This document shows, piece by piece, positions 27,718-38,339 of a DNA stretch of 64,000 nucleotides; the first letter of the stretch is position 1, and each line of letters begins with the position of its first letter. The position numbers were made by a program, and so were the translations under genes. The DNA lies in the NCBI RefSeq assembly GCF_004765795.1, contig NZ_SBIV01000003.1:1-64000 (forward strand). Reading direction: 5' to 3'. Source of the DNA: Halorussus marinus. GTDB lineage: Archaea; Halobacteriota; Halobacteria; Halobacteriales; Haladaptataceae. Below the pieces are notes generated by a model. It had not been told where the DNA came from. It saw nothing but the letters and a program-made list of their open reading frames with translations, and searched no databases.

Positions 27718-27807
27718 GGCAACGCTACTCACTACCCCGTTCGCCGACCGAGAGTATAAGGTTTTTTGTGTACGATAAAATCGGTTACTGTGTATATCTC
27801 GGTCGAG

Positions 27808-28518
27808 TCACTCTCGCAGGCGCGCCAACACCGGGAGCTCCTCGATTCGCTCGGCCGACAGCGCCTCCCAGATGATCCCGACGGGCCGATCGTAGTCGGT
27901 CTCGGTCCGGATCGTCCGGGTCGGGGTCACCACGAGGTCCATCGGCACGTCGTGGGCGTCGACGTCGACGGGTCCGTCGATCACTTGGGCGTCGTGGACC
28001 GTGGTCGCGATCGTGGTCTCCTCGTCGACCAGTCCCAGTTCGCACAGGACCGCGTATTCGAGGTCGCTGTACCCCTCGCCCTTGCCGATCCGGGCGCCGG
28101 CTTCGGTAACCGCGACGCTCCCCGAGACCACCAGATCGATCGCGTCGACCGCGTCGGGACCGACCTGCCGGGCGTGGTCCTCGACGTGCGAGACGGTCGG
28201 CGCGCTGTCGTACGCCTCGGGCGGGATCTCGCCGGGGTCGAGTTCGTAAAAAGGCTTCTCGTCGCGGAGTCGCGGCACGGCCATGTAGACGGTCTTGCCC
28301 GCCCGGAGCGCCCGCCGGCGGACGGGCAACTGGGGCGCGTCGGGGTTGGCTTTCACCGCGTCGGCCGCCCGCCACTTGTCGGTCTCGGCGAGTCGGTCGG
28401 CGGCGTCGGCGGCGCCCGCGACGTTCGGAATCCGGCCGTGGGGCGGAAACGGGAAGCGCGCGATCCCCTCGGCTTCCAGTCGGTCCCAGATGCGCTCGCG
28501 GTACTCCTGTTTGTCCAT
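27808..28518 (-). CDS. 5-formyltetrahydrofolate cyclo-ligase family
   Basis: KANPDAPQ, VSGSVAV..RIGKGEGYSDLE, HDVPMDLVVTP. Confidence 0.88.
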   Translation of the reverse strand: MDKQEYRERIWDRLEAEGIARFPFPPHGRIPNVAGAADAADRLAETDKWRAADAVKANPDAPQLPVRRRALRAGKTVYMAVPRLRDEKPFYELDPGEIPPEAYDSAPTVSHVEDHARQVGPDAVDAIDLVVSGSVAVTEAGARIGKGEGYSDLEYAVLCELGLVDEETTIATTVHDAQVIDGPVDVDAHDVPMDLVVTPTRTIRTETDYDRPVGIIWEALSAERIEELPVLARLRE

Positions 28519-28661
28519 ACTCGCGTTCGGTCCGTGGGCGCCGAAAAGCTCCCGGCTCCGGGCCAAGCGTGATACTTCTCGCTCGCCGGACTAAACCGTT
28601 TGGCCCGCGTCGCTCGCTCGAAAAGTAACCATTAAACGGAGCGCGTCCGTCGGCTTCGAAT

Positions 28662-29468
28662 ATGCAACGACGTTCAGCGACGGTGTACGCCGTCCTCTTT
28701 CTCGTCGTCGCCGCCGGCGCGTACTCGCTCATCGGGACAGCTCAACAGCCCGACATAAGCGTCGAAGGCGACACGTACACGGAAGACCAGACGCTGACCG
28801 TCGGCGACCGCCAGTACACGGTGGCGTCGATCGGTGACGGCGAGGGAACGCTGGCGTGGACGAACGAGTCCGCCCGGTACACAGCGACGTGGGAGAACAA
28901 CACGACGACCCAGTTGGACAACACCACCTATCGGGTGCTCATCCCCAACGAGTCAGACCCGGGCGAGGTGACGCTCCGCCAGCAGTTCAACCTGAGCGAG
29001 AACACCTCGACGGTCACCCAAGACGAGACTCGCTACGTCATCGTCGGTGAGGGCGACAACCGGACGCTCGTCCCGGTCGACGAGTACAAGCGCGATCAGT
29101 TCGGCGAGCCCGACACCCGGACGTTCGCCGAGGGCGAGAGTCTCCAGTACGAGGGCAACGAAACGACCGTCAGCAACATCACGGCCGACGTCGCCACGCT
29201 GGCGTGGACCGGCACGCGGACGAACGAGGTCGGTCTCGCGGAAGGCCGGAACGTCACGCTCGGCCCGACCGGCGACACGCAGAGCTTCGTGCCTCACTTC
29301 CCCGAAGAGGGCGAACTCCTGCTCTCGACCCAGACCGCCGAGTATCAACAGCAACTCGACGCGCAGGCCGACTTCGACGAACGCATCGCCGGGCTGTGGG
29401 GAGTCGTCATCCTCAGCGGCCTCACGGTCGCGTTCCTCGTGATGTTCGCGTTCCTGCCGAACAAGTAA
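28662..29468 (+). CDS. Exported/membrane-anchored glycoprotein, hypothetical
   Basis: N- and C-terminal TM helices, many NxS/T sequons. Confidence 0.75.
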   Translation: MQRRSATVYAVLFLVVAAGAYSLIGTAQQPDISVEGDTYTEDQTLTVGDRQYTVASIGDGEGTLAWTNESARYTATWENNTTTQLDNTTYRVLIPNESDPGEVTLRQQFNLSENTSTVTQDETRYVIVGEGDNRTLVPVDEYKRDQFGEPDTRTFAEGESLQYEGNETTVSNITADVATLAWTGTRTNEVGLAEGRNVTLGPTGDTQSFVPHFPEEGELLLSTQTAEYQQQLDAQADFDERIAGLWGVVILSGLTVAFLVMFAFLPNK

Positions 29469-29480
29469 CGTAATCGCGGC

Positions 29481-29681
29481 CTACTCCTTCGCGACCCACG
29501 CCAGTCCGGCGCCGATACCGATCGCCGACAGCGCGCCGAGCACCTGTCCGACCGCCAGGAGCGCGCCGCCGCCCTTGTGCGCCCACGGCATCCCGACCAG
29601 CGTCGCGATGCCGACGAGCGCGATCAGTACGCCGAAGCCGATGCCGAGGGGTTCGAGTCGGTCCGCTGTCGTCGTCGCCAT
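29481..29681 (-). CDS. Small two-TM membrane protein
   Basis: Hydrophobic ORF following trpS. Confidence 0.65.
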   Translation of the reverse strand: MATTTADRLEPLGIGFGVLIALVGIATLVGMPWAHKGGGALLAVGQVLGALSAIGIGAGLAWVAKE

Positions 29682-29754
29682 ACGTGCGTCCACCCCTTCC
29701 GCCCGGTTAACTGTTACCGAATGCACCCGCTCGACCGGGCGCGGACTCGTCGAC

Positions 29755-31338
29755 TCACGTCCGCGCCCGATCGCTGTCGAGGTCGATGTCCGCCGCCTCC
29801 AACAGCTCTTGGACCTCCGCGCGCTTCTCTTGGTGGTCTGCGAGGAACTCCCGCATCAGCTCGGCGGCCTGCTCCTTGCAGTCGCCACACAGGCGCTCGC
29901 CGTCCACACACTCGTCGTAGACCCGCTTGGCGAACTCGTCGTCGTCGCCCGCGAGCAGGTAGGCGTACAGCTCGTACACCGGACACTCGTCGGCCTGCCC
30001 GCCGAGCTCGCGTTGCTTCTCGGCGGTCTCCCGGCCGCCCGTGGTCGCGGCCTTCACCTTCTCGTAGCCGTCCTCGGGGTCGTCGAGCAGGCTGATGTGG
30101 CTCGCGGGCACCGACGACGACATCTTCCCGCCGGTCAGCCCGGTCATGAACCGGTGGTAGATCGAGGAGGGCGCGACGAAGCCGTAGCCGCCGTGGTCGA
30201 GTTCGACCTCGCGGGCGAGCTCCTCGGCCGCCTCGCGGGAGAGCTCGAACGAATCGACGTGCTCGTCGAACACGCGCTTCTCGCCGTCGACCGCGTCGAT
30301 GAGCGCTTCGAACGCCTCGTCGGTCGCGTTCCGGTCGAGGAACCTGACCCGGGGTCGGAGGGGCTCTTTTCCCGCCTCCCGGAGCTTCGCCGCGACGCGC
30401 TCGCGGGCGTCGTCGGGCGCCATCTCGGCTTCGAGCCAGTCGGCGGCGTCCTCGCACCGGACGGGCTCGTCGGTGTCCTCGGAGAGCGCGCCGTACGCCG
30501 CCGCGAGGTGCTCGCGCTCGTCGGCGTCGGCCTCGAAGCTCGCGTAGGCCTTCGTGACGCCGAAAAACTGCGTCCGGGCCGCGAGGTCCCGCGCGAGCCG
30601 AACGTGGGGGTCCTGGTCGGGACCGACCGGGATGACCGTCGGCTTGGGCTCGTCCAGTTGGGGGTAGAGGATGTCGGCCATCTGGGTCACGACGCTCTGC
30701 ATGTGCGAGACGCTGGTCTCGCCGTCGAAGCCGTAGATGTTCTCCAGCTCGGAGAAGTTGGCGCTCTCGCCGAGTTCGAACCCGAGGTCCTGGAGTTCGC
30801 GGTTGTCCGACTGGCGGTAGAGCTCGCCCTCCTCGGGGTCGAACCCGAGCGCGAGCAGGCTGAGCAGGTAGTCTCGCGCGTGCTCGTCGATCTCGTCCCA
30901 CGTCATCCCGCGGGCGCTGTTGGCTTCGAGGTCGGCGATGAGCGCGTAGGCGTCCCCGCCCTGCTGTTGGTGCCAGATGATTTCGTCGAACACCAGCTTG
31001 TGACCGATGTGGGGGTCGCCGGTCGGCATGAACCCCGAGAGCGCCGCGAAGGGCTCGCCCGTCGCCATCGCCTCGGCCACCTTGCGGTAGTCGCGGTGGC
31101 CGAAGATGACGCCCCGCCGCATCAGGTAGTGGGGATCGGGCACCTCGGCCAGTATCTCGTCGAACGCCTCGATGCCGAAGTCCTCGAACAGCTTCCGGTA
31201 GTCGGCGACGGTCGCCGACCCCCACGGGTCGAGGGTCGTCTCGTCGTCGCCGGCCGCCGTCCCGCCGTCGGGGAGCGGTTCGGCCGCGTCCTCGCCGTCC
31301 GGGTCTCGCCCGCGGTCGCTAGTGGTATCTCGTGTCAT
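29755..31338 (-). CDS. trpS: Tryptophan--tRNA ligase
   Basis: SGFMPTGDPHIGH, PVGPDQDPH, GGKMSSS; start MTRDTT. Confidence 0.95.
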   Translation of the reverse strand: MTRDTTSDRGRDPDGEDAAEPLPDGGTAAGDDETTLDPWGSATVADYRKLFEDFGIEAFDEILAEVPDPHYLMRRGVIFGHRDYRKVAEAMATGEPFAALSGFMPTGDPHIGHKLVFDEIIWHQQQGGDAYALIADLEANSARGMTWDEIDEHARDYLLSLLALGFDPEEGELYRQSDNRELQDLGFELGESANFSELENIYGFDGETSVSHMQSVVTQMADILYPQLDEPKPTVIPVGPDQDPHVRLARDLAARTQFFGVTKAYASFEADADEREHLAAAYGALSEDTDEPVRCEDAADWLEAEMAPDDARERVAAKLREAGKEPLRPRVRFLDRNATDEAFEALIDAVDGEKRVFDEHVDSFELSREAAEELAREVELDHGGYGFVAPSSIYHRFMTGLTGGKMSSSVPASHISLLDDPEDGYEKVKAATTGGRETAEKQRELGGQADECPVYELYAYLLAGDDDEFAKRVYDECVDGERLCGDCKEQAAELMREFLADHQEKRAEVQELLEAADIDLDSDRART

Positions 31339-31346
31339 ATATGATG

Positions 31347-32429
31347 TCACGGTGTCAATCGGCCCACCGAGAGCCAACTCGTTATGCCGTCGTTCGGCCC
31401 TATCAGCGCAAAAATCATTCGCTTCCGGACCCCGTGGGCGAGGCGCACGTCGAGCGCCAGATCGCGGGGCGCGAACGCGTGGTCGTCGGGGAGTACCCGG
31501 ACGAGACACTCCGAGTGGCCCAGATCGTCGACCGACTCGACCTCGGCGTAGGTTCGGAAGTCCGCTCCGAACTTGAAGCCGGTCTTGGGGACGACGCCCC
31601 GTTCGCGGAGCGCCCGGTACACCCGGAGTCGGCGATCGAACCGCTCGCCCTCGACGGCCCGCCCGCGCTCGCGGACGGCCTCGGGACCGCCCTCGACGGC
31701 GAGGACGCCCTCCGTGGCGAGGAACGCGGCCTCGACCAGCGAGAGCTGGAGCGCGCCCGGCACCGAACGGTTCGGGTCCCGGCCGTCGAGGGGCTGACCG
31801 TAGAACCCCAAGTAGTGGAGTCGCTCGGGGGGCTCCCACACCAGCACGCGGTCGTCGAGCAGGTCGGCCGACACGTCCCGGGGCAACTCGACTGTCGAGG
31901 TGCCCCGCAGGTCCGCCCGATCGGTTTCGAGGTACGTGATCTCGCTCTCCTCGTCGACGACCGCGAGCACCGTCGCTCCGAGGTCGGCGGCCGGGACGGC
32001 CGCGCGCTCGCCGACGACCCGGACCCGATACAGCACCTCGTCGTCCCACGGCCCCTTCCCGCGGGGATAGACGACGAAGTCGGACTCGGCTCGCGGGGCC
32101 TCGACCCAGCCCTCGCGGGCCGGCGAGAGGTAAAACCCCCGGTCGCGGAGGTCGGCGTACACCAGAAACCGGGTCGCGATCTCGTCGCCGGCGGCCGCGA
32201 GGAACGCCCGGAACCCCATGCGCTCGCCGTCGGCCCCCGATCGGCCCTCCGCCGCGTCCCGCACGACGCTATCGAGATCTCCCTTGAACAGCAGATACGC
32301 GGCCTCGACCCGCGAGAGCGCGATGTGGTTGCCGGCGTCGAGCGGCCGGCCGTACCCGCTCGAATCGTAGAAGCGCTGGCGGGCGTCCCCGCCGACCACC
32401 ACCTCGCCGTCGCGAAGGCGTCCGTCCAT
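31347..32429 (-). CDS. endA: tRNA-intron endonuclease (homodimeric type)
   Basis: Duplicated LSRVEAAYL/LSLVEAAFL, KTGFKFGADFRTY, LAHGVRK. Confidence 0.95.
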   Translation of the reverse strand: MDGRLRDGEVVVGGDARQRFYDSSGYGRPLDAGNHIALSRVEAAYLLFKGDLDSVVRDAAEGRSGADGERMGFRAFLAAAGDEIATRFLVYADLRDRGFYLSPAREGWVEAPRAESDFVVYPRGKGPWDDEVLYRVRVVGERAAVPAADLGATVLAVVDEESEITYLETDRADLRGTSTVELPRDVSADLLDDRVLVWEPPERLHYLGFYGQPLDGRDPNRSVPGALQLSLVEAAFLATEGVLAVEGGPEAVRERGRAVEGERFDRRLRVYRALRERGVVPKTGFKFGADFRTYAEVESVDDLGHSECLVRVLPDDHAFAPRDLALDVRLAHGVRKRMIFALIGPNDGITSWLSVGRLTP

Positions 32430-32541
32430 GGGCGTCCATCGGATTCCCGGCGTCAAAGGGGCTCCGGTGTCCCCGCGAGGCCGACGGCCTGTCCGCGGGA
32501 AGAGCGCGCTCGCGGCGCTTTCGGTCGGGCGACTCGGGCGG

Positions 32542-33336
32542 CTACTCCCCGTTCCGTGTGGCTCGGCTCGTCGCCGGGGGGCGTTCGCACTCGGCGTCGA
32601 GACACCGCGAGCCGGCCGGATCGCTCGCGTCGTCGGCGCCGTCACCGACTCGGACCCGCGGTAGTCCGCACTCGCAGTCGCCGACTACCTCGCGGTCCGG
32701 GAGTCCGAACGTCGCGTCGCAGTCGGGGTAGCGCTCACAGCCCAGAAACAGGGTTCGCTCGCGCAACACCCGGAGGTCGCCGCCGCAGTCTGGGCAGGCC
32801 CACTCGCGGTCGAACCGGTCGCGCACCGCGTCGTCGAGGCGTTCGCAGTCGCGGTCGACACAGAGTTCGAACCGGTCGCCGCGATCGACCGCCATCTCCG
32901 GCAGGCCACACTCGCAGGTGGTTTCGAGTACGACGGCGTCCCGCGGGAGTCCGTGGTCGACCTCGCAGTCGAGACACGTCACGGCGCCGCGAGCGCGCAC
33001 GAGTCGGCCGTCACACGCCGGACAGCCACCCACCGGTACGCCCGCCGCGGTGGCGTCGTGGCTGGCGCGGTCGCCGTCGCCGTGGGCCTCGACCCGGAGG
33101 CGGTCGCGGTCCTTGACCGCGACGAGCGCGAACTCGCCGTCGGGACCCTGCTCGCGGTGGACCGCGTCCGCGCGGGTGAGCCACGCGACGGGCTGGTAGC
33201 CCGCCGCGTCGTGGACGAGCACGGTGCCGTCGGGCTTGTGGACCACGACGACGCGCCCGCGCTGGCGGCGGGGGTCGTCGTCCGAGCGGTAGATCGTCGT
33301 ACAGTCGCCGGCGTAGACGCGAACTGAGTCGGTCAC
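32542..33336 (-). CDS. NucS N-terminal-like domain + topoisomerase C4 zinc-finger protein
   Basis: HKPDGTVLVHD..YQPVAW, several CxxC, FLGCERYPDC. Confidence 0.75.
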   Translation of the reverse strand: MTDSVRVYAGDCTTIYRSDDDPRRQRGRVVVVHKPDGTVLVHDAAGYQPVAWLTRADAVHREQGPDGEFALVAVKDRDRLRVEAHGDGDRASHDATAAGVPVGGCPACDGRLVRARGAVTCLDCEVDHGLPRDAVVLETTCECGLPEMAVDRGDRFELCVDRDCERLDDAVRDRFDREWACPDCGGDLRVLRERTLFLGCERYPDCDATFGLPDREVVGDCECGLPRVRVGDGADDASDPAGSRCLDAECERPPATSRATRNGE

Positions 33337-33452
33337 AGACGTGGGTGGTCCCGGCCTGTGATTTAAACGTTCGCGCGCCCCGACGCGTCCGGGCCGCCGT
33401 CCCGGTCGCTCGCGACGGGCGTTTTTTATGCCCACAGTGTCATACGGCTGAT

Positions 33453-33626
33453 ATGGTCTCTCGCGACACGAAAGAAACCGCCCTGCTCGTGGCCGGCGGA
33501 GTCGTCGGCTTCCTCGTCGCCACGGCGCTCGGCGCGCCGAGCGCCGTGGCGTGGGGGATCTTGATCGGCGTCGGCGGCGTCGGTCCCACGGTCCGCGACG
33601 AGTGGCGCCGCCGCCAAGACGCCTGA
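33453..33626 (+). CDS. Small membrane protein
   Basis: 57-aa two-TM ORF MVSRDTKETALL downstream of TATA-like TTTTTAT. Confidence 0.55.
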   Translation: MVSRDTKETALLVAGGVVGFLVATALGAPSAVAWGILIGVGGVGPTVRDEWRRRQDA

Positions 33627-33707
33627 CGTTCCCTGTCGGCTCTCGATCCGTCACGGTCGGCGCGACGGCGCAGAAAGCATATTCCGATCGACGCCGTCGG
33701 TCCGACC

Positions 33708-34352
33708 GTGCAACCAACGGCCGTGCTGTTCGACATGGACGGCGTCGTCGTCGACTCCGAGCGCTACTGGGTCGACATCGAAGAGACCCGGATCTACCCA
33801 GCGGTGGTCGAGGGATCGGTCGACGCCGAGGAGACCACCGGGATGAACTTCCGGGAGATCTACGACTACCTCGACGAACACTACGAGACGACCGTCGACA
33901 AGTCGGCGTTCGTCGAACGCTACGAGGAGGCGGCCCGGGACCTCTACGGCGAGCGGGTCGACCTGATGGACGGCTTTCGGGGGCTCGTTTCGGATCTCCG
34001 GGCGGACGACCGCCGGCTCGCGCTCGTCTCGTCGTCGCCGCCCGACTGGATCGATCGCGTCCTCGATCGGTTCGACGTCCGGGCGGCCTTCGACGAGGTG
34101 GTCAGCGCCGAGGAGATCGACGGCCCGAGCAAGCCCGATCCGGGCGTCTACGAGTACGCGGCCGAGCGCGTCGGCGTCGACCCCGTCGACTGCGTCGCGG
34201 TCGAGGACTCGGAGCACGGCGTCCAGTCCGCGAGCGCGGCCGGGATGGCCGTGGTGGGCTACCGCAACCGCTCGGGCGCCGACCTCGACCTCTCGGCGGC
34301 CGACGCGGTGGCCGACTCGCCCGACGACCTCCGGGCGATCCTGTTCGAGTAA
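33708..34352 (+). CDS. HAD-family phosphatase
   Basis: FDMDGVVVDSE, KPDP, AVEDS. Confidence 0.92.
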   Translation: MQPTAVLFDMDGVVVDSERYWVDIEETRIYPAVVEGSVDAEETTGMNFREIYDYLDEHYETTVDKSAFVERYEEAARDLYGERVDLMDGFRGLVSDLRADDRRLALVSSSPPDWIDRVLDRFDVRAAFDEVVSAEEIDGPSKPDPGVYEYAAERVGVDPVDCVAVEDSEHGVQSASAAGMAVVGYRNRSGADLDLSAADAVADSPDDLRAILFE

Positions 34353-34421
34353 TCCGGCCCTCCGGCGCCGCGTCCGCCCAGAGAGAAACGCCTTTGCCCT
34401 CCCCGCCCCGTGAACTCAACG

Positions 34422-36776
34422 ATGGAAGTCGCCGAGGTCGTCCCCGAGTTCGCCGAGGCGTTCCCGTTCGAGGAGTTCAACCGGATGCAACGGGAGGTGT
34501 TGCCCGCGCTCCTCGAAACCGAGGAGAACGTGGTCGCGAGCGCGCCGACCGCGAGCGGTAAGACGGCGCTGGCGGAGCTGGCGATCTGCCGGACGCTGGA
34601 GGCGGGCGGGACCGCGCTGTTCGTTGCGCCGATGCGCGCGCTCACCAACGAAAAAGAGAGCGAGTGGGAGCGTTTCGAGGAACTCGGCTACTCGGTGTAC
34701 GTCGTCACGGGCGAGCGCGACCTCAACCCCCGGCGGGCCGAGCGCGCCGACATCCTCGTGATGACCCCCGAGAAGACCGACTCGGCGACCCGCAAGCACG
34801 ACTCGCGGCGCTACTCGTTCATCCGGGACGTCGACTGCTGTGTCATCGACGAGGTCCACCTGCTCGACTCCGAGAAGCGCGGGAGCGTCCTCGAAGTCAC
34901 CATCTCTCGGCTCCGACGGCTCTGTGACCCGCGGGTGGTCGCGCTCTCGGCGACGATGCCAAACGTCTCGGACGTGGCCGCGTGGCTCGACGCCCCGCCA
35001 GAGGCGACCTTCGAGTTCGGCGACGACTACCGGCCGGTCGAGCTCCACTCGGGCGTCGAGACCTACACCCACGGCGACAACTCCTTTGCCGACAAGTACC
35101 GCCGGCTCTATCGCGCGCTCGACCTCGCCGAACCCCACATCCGGGACGGCGGCCAGTCGCTCGTGTTCGTCTCCTCTCGGCAGGACACGGTGCAGGCCGC
35201 CAAGAAGGCCCGCGACGAGATCGCCGAGCGCGACGTTCCGGTCGGGGCGCGGGGCGACTACGACTTTCACACCGACACCAAGGCGCTCCAGAACGAGACG
35301 CTCCGCAAGTCGGTCCTCGACGGCGTCGCCTTCCACCACGCCGGGCTCTCGAAAAACGACAAGGACCTCGTCGAGGAGTGGTTCAAGCAGGGCAAGATCC
35401 AACTCCTCTTTTCGACGTCGACGCTGGCGTGGGGCGTGAACCTCCCGGCCCGGTGTGTCGTGCTCCGTGACACGAAGCTCCACGACCCGCTCGAAGGCGA
35501 GGTGGACATGAGCCCGCTCGACATCCTCCAGATGCTCGGGCGGGCGGGCCGCCCGGAGTACGACGACGTGGGCTACGGCTGGGTCGTCAGCGACCGCTCG
35601 GAGGCCGACAAGTACCGCCGGCTCCTCCGGGACGGCAAGGAGATCGAGTCGCGGCTCGCGGCGGACCTCGACGCCCACCTCAACGCCGAGATCGCGATGG
35701 GGACCATCAGAGACCTCGGCGACGTGATGGACTGGCTCGAAACGACGTTCTACTACGTCCGCGCCCGGGCCGACCCCGACGCGTACGGCCTCGACGACGT
35801 CCACGAGGGGCTCCGCGAGCGAGTCCGGACCGCGCTCGACGGTCTCGAAGCCCGCGGGTTCGTCGAGGTCGGCGAGGACCTCTCGGTGGCGGCGACGCCG
35901 CTGGGTCGGCTCGCCTCGAAGTTCTATCTCCGGCTCGAGACCGCCGAGGGGTTCCACGACCTCGCGCAGGCCGAGTCGGTCGGGACCGCCGACGTGCTCC
36001 GGACGGTCGCCGACGCCGCGGAGTTCGACAGCGTGAGCGCCCGCCAGTCCGAGCGCGAGGCGGTCGATTCGGTGCTGGTGGGCCGGAAGACCGGCGACCT
36101 CGACCCCGGAACCCGGAAGGTGCTCGCGATCCTCCGATCGTCGATGTCGGGCACCACGCCGACCGAACTCCGGAGCGACGCGTGGGTCATCACCCAGAAC
36201 GCGCTCCGACTGCTGGCGGCGCTGGGCGCCTTCTTCGATCGGTTCGACCGCCCGGCGGCCGCCAACCTCGCGCGCCGGATCGAGGCCCGCATCGACCACG
36301 GGGTCAGCGACGACGCGGTCGGGCTCACCGCCATCGACGGCGTGGGATCGGGCCGAGCGAGCAAGCTCGCCACCGAGGGCATCGCGACGCCCGCCGACGT
36401 GCGCGCGGCGGGCGAAGACGGTCTCGTCGACGCCGGACTCTCGGCCGGCGTGGCGGAGGCCGTCCTCGAAAGCGCCCGCGACTTACCGGCGGTGGACGTC
36501 GAGTGGGGGCCGTTCCCCGACTCGGTCCCCCGCGGCGAGAACGACATGCGGGAAGTGACCGTGCACAACGCGGGCGACGGCGCGCAGGCGGGCGTCCGGG
36601 TCACGGTCAACGGCGTCGAGATGACCGCGACCGAGACGTACCTCGACGCCGAGACGACCGTCCCGGTCGGCGTGTTCGGCGGGACCGACGACGAGATGGA
36701 GTACGAGATCGAGGTCACGTTCCCGGACCTGCCGTTGCTCCCGGTCCGAGACTCCCGGACGGTCCGGGTCGACTAG
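34422..36776 (+). CDS. Ski2/Hel308-like DEAD/DEAH-box helicase
   Basis: APTASGKT, DEVH, LSAT, FHHAGL, QMLGRAGR, HhH. Confidence 0.93.
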   Translation: MEVAEVVPEFAEAFPFEEFNRMQREVLPALLETEENVVASAPTASGKTALAELAICRTLEAGGTALFVAPMRALTNEKESEWERFEELGYSVYVVTGERDLNPRRAERADILVMTPEKTDSATRKHDSRRYSFIRDVDCCVIDEVHLLDSEKRGSVLEVTISRLRRLCDPRVVALSATMPNVSDVAAWLDAPPEATFEFGDDYRPVELHSGVETYTHGDNSFADKYRRLYRALDLAEPHIRDGGQSLVFVSSRQDTVQAAKKARDEIAERDVPVGARGDYDFHTDTKALQNETLRKSVLDGVAFHHAGLSKNDKDLVEEWFKQGKIQLLFSTSTLAWGVNLPARCVVLRDTKLHDPLEGEVDMSPLDILQMLGRAGRPEYDDVGYGWVVSDRSEADKYRRLLRDGKEIESRLAADLDAHLNAEIAMGTIRDLGDVMDWLETTFYYVRARADPDAYGLDDVHEGLRERVRTALDGLEARGFVEVGEDLSVAATPLGRLASKFYLRLETAEGFHDLAQAESVGTADVLRTVADAAEFDSVSARQSEREAVDSVLVGRKTGDLDPGTRKVLAILRSSMSGTTPTELRSDAWVITQNALRLLAALGAFFDRFDRPAAANLARRIEARIDHGVSDDAVGLTAIDGVGSGRASKLATEGIATPADVRAAGEDGLVDAGLSAGVAEAVLESARDLPAVDVEWGPFPDSVPRGENDMREVTVHNAGDGAQAGVRVTVNGVEMTATETYLDAETTVPVGVFGGTDDEMEYEIEVTFPDLPLLPVRDSRTVRVD

Positions 36777-38170
36777 TCGGCGCTCGCGCCGACCCGGTCG
36801 GCCGCCCGGCGCAACATCCCGTTGTTCGTGGTGTAGTAGTAGTAGAGGCCGGCGCCGACCGCGGCCGCGACGTTCGAGAGGGTGACCGCCCAGAAGACCG
36901 CGTGGACGCCGTAATCGAACCAGAGCGCGCCGACCGCCGCGATCGGGAGCCGGACCGCCCAGTACTGCAGGAGTCCGGCGACCATGCTGACTTTCGTCCG
37001 GCGGGCGCCGTTGAAGCCGGCGTTGAACATGTACGTCGCGCCGATGGCCCAGTAGCCAAACACCAGAATCTGGAGGTAGTCGACGCTGAGCGCGAGCCCC
37101 CGGGCGGAGACGTCCGGCACGAAGAGGGTCACCAGAAGCTCCGGGATCGCCCACTGGACGGCCCCCATCGCGGTCAGTCCGACGGCCGCGATGGCGGCTC
37201 CGACCCACGTCGCTCGGCGCGCTCGCAACGGCTGGTCCGCGCCGAGATTCTGGCCGACGACGCTCTGTGCCGCGCCCGAGAGCCCCTGTGCCGGGATGAA
37301 CGCGACGCTGGCTACTCGCGCGCCGACGGTGTAGGCGGCGACTCCCGCGGCGCCGCCGACGACCGAGACGAGGCCGACGATGACGACCCGAACCGACTGG
37401 CTCGCGATCTGCTGGCCGCCCCGCGGGAGCCCGACGTCGAGGATCTCGCGGTACTCCGCCGGATCGAAGCCGATCGACTCGCGGGTGATCGTGTAGCCGT
37501 CTCGGCCGCTCACCAGCAATCCGAGTGCGAGCGCGAACCCGGCGGTGTAGCCGACGGCGGTCGCGATCGCGGCCCCCCGGACGCCCATCGCCGCGAACGG
37601 GCCCCAGCCGAGGATCAAAAACGGGTCCAGTCCGAGGTTGACGACGACCGCGGTCACGTTGACGTACAGCGCCGCTCGCGAGTCGCCCCAGCCGACGAAC
37701 CCGCCCTCGATGGCGTCGCTGGCGGCCATGAACGGGAGCGCCAACATCACGGTCCCGAGATACACCGCCGCCTGGGCGGTCACGTCGGGCCCCGACAGCA
37801 CGAGCGCCATGATCCGGTCGGCGCCGGCGACCACGCCGGCGCCGACCGCCCCGCCGACCGCCAGCGCGAGCGTCAGGCCGTGGAACGCGGCGCGCCGACC
37901 GCCAGTGAGGTCGTCGGCGCCGACCCGCTGGGAGACAAGCACCTGCGTCCCGGTGAACGTGACGATCGTCGCGCTGAACACGAGCGCCATCACCGGAATG
38001 CTCGCGCCGACCGCGGCGACGGCGTCCTCGCCGAGCCGGCCGACCCAGAACGTGTCGACGACGTTCTGGACGACTTGGACGAGGTTCTGGACGACCAGCG
38101 GGGCCGCGAGCACCAGCAGGGCTCGGACGAGCGATCCGTCGGTTATTTCATCTCGGGAAACGTCGAACAT
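36773..38170 (-). CDS. MATE-family efflux transporter
   Basis: VDTFWVGRLG, GDSR, NLGLDP..GVRGAAIAT, GQNLGA. Confidence 0.92.
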   Translation of the reverse strand: MFDVSRDEITDGSLVRALLVLAAPLVVQNLVQVVQNVVDTFWVGRLGEDAVAAVGASIPVMALVFSATIVTFTGTQVLVSQRVGADDLTGGRRAAFHGLTLALAVGGAVGAGVVAGADRIMALVLSGPDVTAQAAVYLGTVMLALPFMAASDAIEGGFVGWGDSRAALYVNVTAVVVNLGLDPFLILGWGPFAAMGVRGAAIATAVGYTAGFALALGLLVSGRDGYTITRESIGFDPAEYREILDVGLPRGGQQIASQSVRVVIVGLVSVVGGAAGVAAYTVGARVASVAFIPAQGLSGAAQSVVGQNLGADQPLRARRATWVGAAIAAVGLTAMGAVQWAIPELLVTLFVPDVSARGLALSVDYLQILVFGYWAIGATYMFNAGFNGARRTKVSMVAGLLQYWAVRLPIAAVGALWFDYGVHAVFWAVTLSNVAAAVGAGLYYYYTTNNGMLRRAADRVGASAD

Positions 38171-38339
38171 CGTTTATTGTAGTTATCCAACGAGAAAAAC
38201 GCCGGTGTTAGGTATAGGGTTTTCGAAACTTGTCGTCGTGTAACAATGTTCAGGGCCCGGCGGTCGTCGGTGTCGGCGCCCCCGCTCGTCGTCGCTCTCG
38301 GTCAGACCGCATATAAGTCTGTCCCGCCTTACTCCACTC

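Noticed and set aside
29755..32429. endA-trpS adjacency as novel
   Set aside because: Ordinary conserved haloarchaeal arrangement
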